Below, piece by piece: positions 37,003-48,700 of a DNA stretch of 64,000 nucleotides. Every line of letters begins with the position of its first letter. Positions within the stretch are counted from its first letter, which is position 1. A program made the translations under genes and the position numbers. Source of the DNA: Azolla caroliniana (lineage: Eukaryota > Plantae > Polypodiophyta); NCBI GenBank assembly GCA_043228905.1, contig JBHGNT010000018.1, positions 2,046,001 through 2,110,000 of the forward strand, written 5' to 3'. Below the pieces are notes generated by a model that did not search any database, was not told where the DNA came from, and saw only the letters and a program-made list of their open reading frames with translations.

Positions 37003-40000
37003 ACCCGGTTTCCGCCTCTGGACGAAATTCTTCACGACATCTGCCCGCACCTAATAGCATGTCCACCGGTACATGCCAAATCCGGTGAAGGGTGAGAGAT
37101 TTCGGCCGGTGAGAAACCGGTCTTCCGTAATCCGCATCCCGGCTCGCTGCCGGTTTGAACTGTCGGCTTCGGTTCTTCCTTCGCGCTTACCTCCTGGTAC
37201 GCTCGTTTGACCCATCGATGGGTCCTTCGCCGCGATCTCCGTAGTACGCGTCCTTCTGCTAGCCCTTGTTCGGCTGCATGCACGCTCTGCTCTCCGTCGT
37301 ATGCCCGATGTCCTTCGCTTGAGGAACGCTCGTAGCGGCCCGCCTGGCCTCCGTCGACCATTCCCGTGGTCCTGATTGTTGTCCTGCGTTGCTTCTCACT
37401 GCCTTCGTCCCCTCACTGCCACCTTCCTTCTCCTTGGTCTTACATCGCCACGTCGGCTCGGACCGCCAAGGTCTCCGGAACGGTGTGGAGGATCCTTCTC
37501 TGGCCTTCTACGTGCTACCTCCGAACCGCACAACCCATCTTCGCACTCGCCTTTCCGCTCCGGCACCTCCGTGTGCCGCATACCCTTGTCAATTGTTTGG
37601 CACTGCCTGTGCCGTACTCCGGTTCATTGCACGCCTTGTCGGCCCCTTTCCCGGCCAGATCGTGCATCCCCGCTCATCCGCATACCGGTGTCCTCCGCAT
37701 CCGAGGAACACCCCGTAGTAGCCCGCATGGCCCTTCCCGTTTTCGTGCTGCTGCACCAGGTCTCGAGTCTTTCACTTGCCGTCGTCCCCTCGCCCCCACC
37801 AGCTTGTCACCCCGGGCTTGCCGTGTCAGTCTTCGCTACTTCGACGGAGCAACCGAGATCTATGAAGCGAGTGTGGAGGATCCTACTCCGGCCTCTTTTG
37901 TCATCCTCTGACTCAGACCCTGCGCAGTCCACTATGCTCCCATCACCTCATTCCCAACACCTCCCTTGTGCCGTCTTCCGCTTCCTTTGTTCGGCACCGC
38001 CTGCGCCGAACACCGTCCCGCAGTCACGCTTCGATCCGGCCCGCGATGGCCACTTGCGAGACTCTTGTTCTGCCCCAGGTGTCCCTTTTCGGCCTGACAC
38101 ACCTCCCCGTGTTTGCCCCTACCGGCTTCTTCCGAAACCGTAACTGGCCGGTAAGGGTTTCGCACTTCGTTCGCCCCCGCCTTACCGGCTCCCGATCTGC
38201 TATCTCGTGTCGACGGGTCCCGTTCCCTCCCGCCACCGTCCTTCTCCCTAGGTCTCACGTTGCCACGTTGGCCGAACTGCCAGAGTCTCTGGATCGGTGT
38301 GAGGGTCCCATAGGACCGGACTCCGTTTCTCAGCTTGCCGTAATTCGGGTGTCTTTCGCGTAGCCGGTTCCTGCCTTCGTGTTGCCGGGTCCCGTTTCCC
38401 GCCGCCACCAACCTTCTCTCTCGGTCTCATGTTTCCACGTTGGCCGAACTGCCGGAGTCCTTGGTTCGGTGTGGGGATCATGTAGGACCGGACTTCCTTA
38501 TGCTCGTGACCTTGCCGGTCGGTCCGATTCGGTTCGTAGCCGCTTTGCCGGCCTGATACCTTCCTTCTCCACTTTCCGTTGTCTGAACACGTTTACCTAC
38601 TGCCACCATCCTTTCCTATAGGACTCACTCCGGCTCTTGGGCCGACCACTGGGTCGGTGTGAGGATCTTCGTGGGACTCCTCATATCCTTGACCCTTATC
38701 CTGGGTCTTCCTTTCCTTCGCAAGTCGAGAGGGTGGCTCGCTCCACACCCTCTCCCGTGGTACCGACGTACCGTGTTCTCGGCCTCATCGTAGGCCTGCT
38801 CTCTTCCTCCCTCCTAGAATGGTTTATCCGGGAGTCCGCTCCGCCTGGGTCCGTTCGTCATTCTCCGGATTGCCGGGTCCCGTTCTCCTGTCGCCACCAA
38901 TCTCTCCTATAGGACTCACGCCGGCACTTGGGCTGACATCCGGGTCAGTGTGAGGATCTTATGGGACTGGTCTTCGTTCTCCTCTTCATCCCCCCGTCTT
39001 CTCCGTAACTCGTCATCGCTCTCCTTGCTGCGTTCCCGCCTCAATCTTCCATCTCCTTCGGTCTTACGTTGCCCCGTCGGCCGAACAACCGAAGTCTCAG
39101 GATAGGATGTGGCGTAACTAATTTCTGAACGTCTTTCGGCAACTCGTCCGGGCCCCCGCCCCTTTTAGTGGTGTCGGTGGATAGCATCCACTCTGTGATC
39201 AAACAAGCCCCGCCTGAGCTTGATTCTCCAATGTCCGGAGTTTCGGCTCCGATGCCGACCTTGCCAGACTCGTTCTGAACCTTTGATCACCTTCCTTCCA
39301 ATTCCCGACCTTCACCCGATCGGTTTTTCTCCCCATGTAAAAGAGGGCGGCTCGTCCCGCACCCTCTCTCGTATCGGCACCTTCATGCCGAATCAGGCCC
39401 CGATCGAACAATCCACGACCGGATTACGCTCCACCCGTATCGGAGCGTCGCGCGGTTCGGTTCCTGGTCGGGTCGTCCCTTGGTTTCTTCGTCGACCTTT
39501 TCGTGGGCCATCTCCCATCCATCTTTGTTGGCATTGTGCCAAGACTCCTCGATACCATCATCCATCTCCTCGGTCTCACTTGGGCTTAAGGGCCCGAACG
39601 CCAAGTTCTCCGGAATCGGGTTCGAGGGCTTTCGTCCGCTCCTTCCCCGTATCGTCTCGCCGGTGATTCCTGGTCTCTCGTGGCCACCTTCCTCCTCTTG
39701 GCGCTCATGTGGGCACTCGGGCCCGACTGCCGTAGTCTCGGGAGCAAGCGTAAGAAGACGCAAGGAATCGCTCGTCCGTTTTACGCCCTTGTCCGTAGAC
39801 ACCGGCTCTTCGTGGTCGACAGTCGTCTCTTTACCGATCGCGCAAGCCCCATCTGGGCTTGCTTCTCCAATGACCGGGGTTTCGGGCTGACATGCCCGAC
39901 ACCTCTAGTTCCTATCCCGCGATCAGTTTCTCGGCCTCGTCCTTGGCCGTTCTATCTCCGCAAGTCGAGAGGGCGTTTTGTTCCGCACCCTCTCCCGTGG

Positions 40001-42225
40001 TACCCTGGTACTGATCTTCCATCATCGCGTGGGGCAGGTCCGTCTCCTCAGTCTCGGCTTGCGGCCTTGATCTTTCCTCTTCCTTGAGCATCGCCTCAAG
40101 AGCTGCGTACGCTTCCGCAATCCTGGCCCCAACGCTGACCCTTGCCGACTCTCTTTGCCATTCGGCCTCTTCCCGCTGTGATGGCATGCCGTCGCGCGCC
40201 TTCCTCTTAGCCTTCTCGGCCCGCTCATTGTCCAGCCGTTGGCACACCTTTCCAACCTTCGACCAGTCCTCCGTAAGACCATTCGCTCCATCATCGTCTT
40301 CAAGCTCAATCCCGATGGCCTCCCGTTCCGCTCGGTCGATCGACCTGACGAACAGTAGTACTTTGTCCACCCCCACCAAACCTTGTTCCCGCTCCGGGAG
40401 CCGAGCAAGTTGTCGCTCGAACTCTCGGAATGCCTTCGTCGCGCCCCGGTGGGTCTTTGCCGATGCGACCCACTGGTCGAAGTCATGTCGTCCCCGACTC
40501 TTTCGCCGTCCTCCATATGCCTGCAGGAGCGCCTCTTCAAAGGCCTCCCACGAACTATGAGCTTGTCGGAGCTCCTTCACTTCCGCGTGCATACAGACAA
40601 CGACAGCCCGACAAAAGAACTCCAGCCTCAACGCTTCGTCCACGTCTCGCTCCTCCATTTCCGCATTGTAGGCTTCCAAGTAAGATGGGACTTGGTCCCC
40701 GTTGAAACAGCCGACTCTTTCGACCACCGGTCGAGGTCAAGCCCGTCTCGAGCCAATCCCGGGTCTCCTCCTTTTGTGCCGGCGAAGGTTTCTCGAACTT
40801 CCTTACCGTAACGGGTCTCGTTGCCGACGAACCTTCGTCGCCCCACTCACGCCGCTTGTCGAAACGGCTGCAGACTCTTTTAGCCATGGCCCAGTCGACC
40901 GTCAACCCATCATCTGTCTCTAGCAAGAGACCCACTTGATCCCGATCACACACGTCCACCACTTTGACAAACAACAGGACATAACTCATGTCTAGCACAG
41001 TCCTGTCCAGTGCCGAGAGCCATGCGAAGCATTCTTCGAACTCCGGAGGAGTGTCGATGCGTTCCTCCCCTTTTCGGGAGTCTCCACCCACTCCATGAAG
41101 TCCCATTTCGATAACCAAAGCGCGTCATCAAGCCCGTACCGTTCGAGGAGCCGCACTTTGAACCTCTAGGTCTGGCATCCAGCCTGTACCTTGAGCACCT
41201 CTAAGTGGATGCCTGGTGTCGCCACCCGAGGGAACCTAGTCAAACGCCTATCCTCCGGAATGTCCCTCATCACCATCTCGGCTCGGTAGGCCTCCAAGTA
41301 GCTCGTGGCGTCCTTCCCACCGAACCGGCCTATTGTACCAACAATCGCTTCAATGGCCTTGTCGAGTGTGCCTATGCCCTCACGAGCACTTACTATACGA
41401 TCAACGGCTGACGCCATGGCTTCGGCAAGCTCCGATCCCCTCATCTTCGACTCCTCTACCGCCTTGTTTCACGTCGGGTTCACCAAATATATGTCGTGTT
41501 GTTTCGCTTATGCGTGAGAAACTAGGGCGAGATCGCAGGGGGCTTGGACCGAGGAGTGCAAGAGGTCAAAGAGAGAGAGTCAGGCTGGTGAATACCTGCT
41601 CCGGCAAGCAGCACTTGCCAGCTGAATGAACCACGACTGCGTATGCAGAACAAAGAGAGACGCGCACGCACCCGATAATGAAAGGGAAACACGCAGGAAA
41701 ACACTGAGAGACGGAAAACAGGAGAATCTATTCCAACAATAATAATAATTACAATGATTAAAACATTACAACCGGCAAGCCGGTAACAGACCAACCACAG
41801 GTGACAACACACCCACGCACGCACACAGTGGAGCCTCTGCGGGAAGCACAAGGGCTTTCCTCGAAGCAGAGGCAACCGACCCAAAACCCACAGAGAACAA
41901 TGATAGAGGAGGAGAGAGCTCGGTTCCCAGTTCGACAACACCTTGTCCTCGCCAAAATGATATCCCCTTTTAGTCATCTCCCCTTTCCTTTTATAGGCCG
42001 CCGAGAAGGGCCGTCACATCCGGAATACTTCATCTTTATTCTCTGTTCCTTCGGACAGAGATAGACATCGATTTCGTAGCCAATAAATCTGTACTACCTA
42101 GTATATTTTCATCAGTCTACCTGTTCCTAATTATGTACTCCTTATCAATAATTGTGCCTGCACGTAAGGGCCGGTTTACGCGCCTTTTTCACCGATTTCG
42201 CCTAAGGCCGGTTTTCTTCACAACA
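37003..42225 (-). mobile_element. Non-autonomous Trp-primed Gypsy with two gag capsid-like domains and no pol
   Basis: 5' LTR 41492-42225; perfect Trp PBS 41468-41485; gag-1 about 41444-40780; gag-2 40727-39912; repetitive 3' region; 3' LTR stub 37003-37039. Confidence 0.78.
41468..41485 (-). promoter_or_regulatory. Primer binding site, tRNA-Trp
   Basis: TGGTGAACCCGACGTGAA is complementary to the 3' end of plant cytosolic tRNA-Trp (..TTCACGTCGGGTTCA-CCA, recalled sequence). Confidence 0.82.
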
Positions 42226-45200
42226 CCGGATGAGAAACAGAGGAAGTTGGATCTGAAGTCGGAGAAGTGCATCTTAGTTGGTTACTCACATGAGCAGAAG
42301 GGGTATAATTGTTATAACCCCGAGACTAAACAGGTCTGAGTAAACCAAGAAGTCGAGTTTGATGAATCGGCATCATGGTACTCTCTACCGACTCCAACTT
42401 CCGACTCCGACCCGATTCCTGAAGATGAGGCTAGTGAGCCTGAAGAGGTCCAGGTAGAAGATGAGGACTTCGGTACTCTAGATGAGAGTACGATCTCATT
42501 CTGGCTAAGTGGGCCGAATGAGCGGCTGAGTCGGGATAACCAGTCAGATGAAGAACCAGGGAGTAGTGGAGACTTTGCCATGCTCTCCCCGCGCAAGGAA
42601 CCGAGGAGATGGTTCACGCGCAAAGAGAAGGGGAAGAAGAAGATGCTGGAATACGATGCCTGTAGTGAAGGGTCGGATCGGAGTGAATCTGACCCCGGAA
42701 AGGGAGAGGCGGATCTTTAGAAATGAAGCTTGAATCGGCCAAGAAGGGCCTCAAACCGGGTAATGACAAGTTACGTCGGTCAACCCGCCAGAAGAACCCA
42801 GTCAAGAGGTACGAGTATAATGAGTACATGGCGCATCACTATGCGTACATGACTAAGGTGGCGGAAGTGCGGGAGTCGGAGAGCTACGCATAAGCAGCAA
42901 AAGATGTAAATTGGCGTGCTGCTATGGAGGAAGAAATGCGGGCATTTGATGCCAATGACACATGGAACCTGGTTGACCCTCCTCGATAGTGTAAACCGAT
43001 CGGATGTAAGTGGGTATATAAAGTGAAGTACAATGCCGATGGTTCAGTCAACTGGTACAAAGCTTGGTTAGTGGCGAAGGGATACACATAGACCCACGGA
43101 ATCGAGCATGACGAGACCTTTGCACCGGTAGCGAAGATGGCGACGGTTCGTGTGGTCTTGGCTGTTGCTGCGGCAAGGGGGTGGCATCTTCACCAAATGG
43201 ACGTTAAGAATGCGTTTCTTCAAGGTGACCTTGAAGAACAGGTCTATATGATCCAAACCCCTAGTTTCCAATCGGAGATGAACAAGTCAACAGTGTGCCA
43301 ACTCAAGAAGTCGCTTTACGCTCTGAAGCAAGCCCCCCGAGCTTGGAATGAGAAGATCACGCACCGATTGCATAAGATGCGGTTTGTGGCCTCAAAGTCC
43401 GACTCGTCACTGTTCATCCGGAACAGTCTGGACGGTCTGGTTTGTATCCTGCTATATGTAGATGATCTAGTCATCACCGGACTCGGACTTAATGAAATCG
43501 GCCGAGTGAAGACCCAGCTGTCGGACGCATTTGAAATGAAGGACCTGGGGGACCTTCATTATTTTCTTGGGATCGAGGTGATTTGGACCGGCCTGCAATG
43601 AGAAACGGTTCCGACAAAATCGGAAGCCTCATATACTTGATAATCACTCGACCCGACATTAGTTACCTGGTCGGAGTGATCAACCAGTTCATGCAGAAGC
43701 CGACCGTCGAGCACCTTCAGTGCGCACACTGGATACTCCGATATGTTTGCGGCACAAAGGACCGAGGACTGTTATATCGACACGGTATAGCTAGGAAGTT
43801 AGTCGGATATACCGATGCCGACTGGGCTGGTCATGCATCGGATCGCCAATCCACCTCTGGTTACATGTTTTCTCTTGGTAGCGCGATTGTTGCGTGGCGT
43901 AGCAAAAAGCAGCCAATAGCTGTTCTATCGAGCACTGAAGCTGAATATCGGGGCGCTACTATTGGCATTTGCGAAGCCATCTGGCTTCGGCGACTGCTGC
44001 ATGACCTCCGGATCGAGATGCCGACCCCAATCCTGATCTACTACGACAACATAAGCAACATATAGCTCGCCAAGAACCCTGTATTCCATGCTCAGACAAA
44101 GCACATAGAAGTGCATTATCACTTTGTCCATGATCGGGTCTTGAGCGATGAACTTGAACTTCGATATGTTCACACGGATCGACAGGTAGCCAACATCTTC
44201 ACCAAGCCGCCTGGATCAGACAAGTTGCAACATTTCTTGGAGATGCTCGACATTCAACATCTCGACATGGCGCACTTGAGGGGGAGAACAGGAATGGGAA
44301 CGGATAGCACCGGAGAGGAAGAAAGAACCAAGGGGGGAGATGAGCAGATAAAGGAAGTTGAGCTTACCGAAGGAGTCGGCACATCTGAACAAGTCGGAGT
44401 AAGTGGCAGGGACGATAGAGTCAAGAAGGACAGAGCTGACCAGAAGAAGGCCAAGACCCGGACGTTGTCCGATGTGGTGAAGGGCCTAAAAACGGAAGAC
44501 AAGTTGGAGACTACCAACTCGGAGAAGAGCTGGAATGAATTGGAGGAAGTTGATTCGGTCAACAATTGGATTCGGAAGAGCCGATCAACTAAAGGCCAAG
44601 CGGACAAGAAGGCAGCAGAAGTCGACACCGACATGGAGGAACCAATAGGTCGACATGCGCCGGAGTCATAATAGCGAAGGAACTGAAATGGGCCTACTGA
44701 GTAGACAAGCCAACCAAGGAGGTTGAGGTGTGCAGAACCGAACGGGGCGTGGGAAGCAGAACCAGACTGGACGAGGAACGCGAGCAAGGCGGGAGGATGT
44801 CAGAAGGAGCCGGAGGAAAGGACCGGCTACTGCAGACACTGACACCACGATTCGACCTCAAGTTGAGCATGAGGGGGAGTGTTGAGCGAGCAAGCTCAAC
44901 AGGATCCGGATTGGTATTCGGAACAGAGAACCGGATTGGTGTCCGGATGATATCCGGAACTAGGAGCCGGATCAGATTGAAATCGGTAGGCCGTTAGAGG
45001 CCTACGGATCTAGCCTAGTACGTAGACATATTTTTAGGAGTCAGTGACAGTCGCTCATATGAGCATTGAAGTACCTGTCAGTCCTTTATGGACTTCTATA
45101 AAAGTGCTCTTTGAGCACATTCTATATACACAGAGGATTACTTTTTTAGAATAGAGTTGTATGTTCTATCTCTCTCTCTCTCTCTCGGGTATGCTAAATA

Positions 45201-45291
45201 TTCTCAAGCTTCCATTGAACCTGTGTTTTCTATTCTCTGTTGTTGCCCGGCTAAACCGGTTTTGTCAAGATTCTGCACGCTAACTTTTTCA
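42226..45291 (+). mobile_element. Copia (A/B lineage) 3' half: integrase C-terminus, RT, RNase H, extension, 3' LTR
   Basis: RKLDLKSEKCILVGY; HQMDVKNAFL; LYVDD; DADWAG; PPT 44871-44879; LTR 44880-45291. Confidence 0.9.
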
Positions 45292-48200
45292 GATTGGTCA
45301 TGTGTTTTCAGAGTCTTCGCAAGCGAAGCTTCAGGTAGGAGGGGGTGACTTCCTCAATCGAGCTAAAGAAAACTAATTTCGGAAGATGTTATCTCGACAT
45401 GGTAAAGCTTTTGCTTCTTCACCTTCAGAGATAGGTTGTGTGGACCCACAACTGGTGGAGCCAATGATTATCTTTACTGCCCCTCATATACCTTGGAACT
45501 TGAAACCAATTCCTGTTCCAAGAGCTCATATTCTGAAGCTCATTGAGTTGCTGAAAGAGAAGGTGCAACTCCATATTCTAACCGGTGGTTGACAATGCCA
45601 AAGAAGAACGGATTTATTCAAGATCTCCAACCAGTTAACAGAGTAACAATTCGGAATTTAGGAGTTGGTTCGGTTGTGGATTCCTTCGCAAAATCTTTTG
45701 CAAGTAGAGTGATATACTCCATGGTTGATTTGTATTCTGGATATGATCAATTTCAGGTTGCTATGGATAGTAGGGATATTACTACAATGCACACACCTAT
45801 TGGTCTGGTTCGAATGTGTACTTTACCACAAGGAGCAATGAATTCTGTTGCTCATATGATGAATGCAATTGCTCATATGATGAATGCAATGAATAAGGTG
45901 CTCAGGGATCACATTTCTCATCGAACAATGCCTTTCTTGGATGACATTCCAATTAAAGGATGTCTGGACAAGGAGAAGAATGAAGAAGTTGGGTCAGATG
46001 GATGTCGGAAATTTGTCTCGAATCATATAGCAAATTGCGAAGACATATTGAAGAATTTAGAGGAGGCACATTTGGCAATTTCTGGAGAAAAATCAAGTTT
46101 TGGAAGATCTGAAGTGTGGATTGTGCGACATTTGTGTGGCCCTTATGGTCGGAAACCTAATCCAGCCAAGGTGGACGACATCAATGCAATAGAGGATGTT
46201 TGCAAGTAAACTTCAAAAGTAAGACGATTTTTAGGTGCATGTGTTTTTTATCATATTTGGATTCCACATTTTGCACATATTGTTGATCCCTTATATAAGC
46301 TATTACGGAAAGGACAAAGGTTTATATGGGAGGAGGAGCATACTCTGGCCATGAAGAAGATTATGATACTTTTGTCATCTGCACCAACCTTCTGACGACC
46401 TATATATGAGCAAGGTTGACCTATCTTTGTGACTGTAGATGCAAGTCTAACTGGAATTGGATGGGTTATTAATCAAGATTATGAAACTATAGATTGATAT
46501 GCTATTGGGTTTGGAGCAAAGATTTTACATGATCAACAAAGAAGGTATGGTCAAATAAAGAGAGAGTTGTGGGGCATAATTTCTGTGATTAAAGCAGACA
46601 AGGATTATTTGATTGGATCAGATGTGGTTATAGAGACAGATTGTTTGTCAATCCTTGGAATGATTTCAAGATGCTCTTCTACAGATGTATCCATCTTGAG
46701 ATGGATTGCCTATATTAAAACGTTTAACCCAGAGATCCGACACGTTACAGGGAAAAAAACGGTATGGCTTATATGTTGTCCCGAGCATGGACTATTCTAG
46801 AGCCATCCTCTCTAGAGGAAGAGGATGATTTTGATAATGGATTCTTTTGTAATGAGATTGGTGGACAAGTGCCTAAATTTAGAGAGGAGGAATATGAAGG
46901 AGAGTTACAACAAATCGGGAAATTCTTGCAAGCACAAGAAGGAAGCCCTGATTGGACACCAAAGGATATTTGGCTATTCAGGAAGAAGGCTTATAGATTT
47001 TTCTTGATGGATGGATATCTTTGGAGACTTGCAAAGAAAGTTAAGGATCCCCCAACTCAAGCCATCAGTTTACAGGTTAAGAAAGATAAGATTATTTGAG
47101 ACTTTCATGATAGTCATTGGGCTGGACATAAAGGAGTGGTAAACACATTTTCGAAGATGAAGGATTGATAATGGTGGAAATGAATGTATGTGGATATTCA
47201 AAGGTATGTGGAATCATGCATTAAATGTCAAATGTATTCTGATTACAGGGTGAGAGATGAACTACATCCGACGTACTCACCTGTATTGCATTATAAGTGG
47301 ATGGTGGATATAGTTCATATGGCCACTGGTCAAAATCAAATGAAATACTTGGTTCTTGCTCAGGAGGATTTGTCCAACCAGGTGGAAGGAAGACCTCTCC
47401 GAAACAAGTATGCATTGGTTGTTCTATAGTTTTTATTAGATGATGTAATTTGTAGATATGGTAATGTTGGGCAGATTGTAACAGATCGAGGGGAGCTTGA
47501 TTCAGATGAGGCTCGAATGTTCTTCCAAAGATTCGGGATCCGATTGAGTCTGACTACTGCATATAATACGGACGGAAATGATAAAGTGGAAAGGCACCAT
47601 GGTTCAATTGTGAAAGCTTTGTTCAAAGCATGTGATGGACGAATTTCTATGTGGCCTGACATGCTCCCTTATGCTCTCTGGGTTGATCGATGCACTCACA
47701 ACTCTATTCTGGGATTTATGCCATTGGAACTACTTTTTGGTAGAAGCCTATTATGCAAACGAAGCGGATGATTCCCACTTGGGGAGTTTTACCTTGGGAA
47801 AATAAGATGGAACGTGAAGATTTGTTGGCTATTCGAATTCGTCAATTAGAAAATAGGCCAGAGGATATAGTTGAAGCTGCCAAGAAATAACAAGAAATTC
47901 GATTGAAGAATAAAGATCGATTTGACAAGAGACATCGACTTCAAAATATTCCCATTGAAAAAGGAGATTGGGTTTTGGTGTTTGATAGTAGTCTCAAACA
48001 TCAACACAAATCTATTCGAAAATTCTCTCATCGATGGTTTGGGCCGTATCAAGTGGTAGAAGTCCTGCAAAATGGAACATATATTTTATCAGAATTTGAT
48101 GGACTTCTTCTTCGAATTCCGATTGCTGGTAAACAGATTAAACTCTTTAAACAAAGAGCCTCTCTTGTTCTTGACATTTTGTAGGATGAAGGATCAGTGG

Positions 48201-48700
48201 AAGCTAATTCGAATTGGGAAGAAGATGTTGAAGAAGAGGTGGTCCATGAAGTGGCAGCTACAAGTATCCAATTAGAAGTGGTAATGATAGTTTCATCACA
48301 GGATACTGGTCTAGAGGAGAGTGTGAATGAGAAGTTAGCTTTTCGATATGAAGGGGTGAAGATGACTCTCGTGTCGATTCCAGAATTGAATGAAGATGAT
48401 TGGTGTGCATCAGTTGTTCAAATAAAGGGAAAGAGGAATTTGGTTGAATTTTCTCCACTTGTCACATGCCAAAGGATGTGCAGGTTAGGAGGGGGTATAT
48501 GTCGTAAAGGGATACGACCGACTAGTGCCACCGCGATTCCACACTTGCCTCAACTACAACCACGGATCTCAACTTGGTTCGATGACTCAACACTCCTTGG
48601 AGATCCACCTGATTTGACTCATTGGGGTTGATTTACATTCTAGACTCAAGTTTCTTTAGTATTATTGTTATTAGGGATTTATATGCATTATTTTATTGGA
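45292..48700 (+). mobile_element. Non-chromo Gypsy (Phygy-like) pol: RT-RH-integrase, PPT and start of 3' LTR, degraded
   Basis: DLYSGYDQF, LPQGAMNS, PFLDDIPIKG, ETDC, TDRGEL, KVERHH, WFGPYQV; PPT AGGAGGGGG then TGTCGT at 48500. Confidence 0.87.

Noticed and set aside
37366-40087. Many overlapping plus-strand ORFs of 100-255 aa
   Set aside because: Stop-poor GC-rich antisense strand of the Gypsy tail; no recognisable domain.
31306-45291. One large Copia element bounded by the LTRs at 31306 and 44880
   Set aside because: The two LTRs are related but clearly diverged and the flanks (GAACG / GATTG) do not form a TSD; treated as separate fragments.
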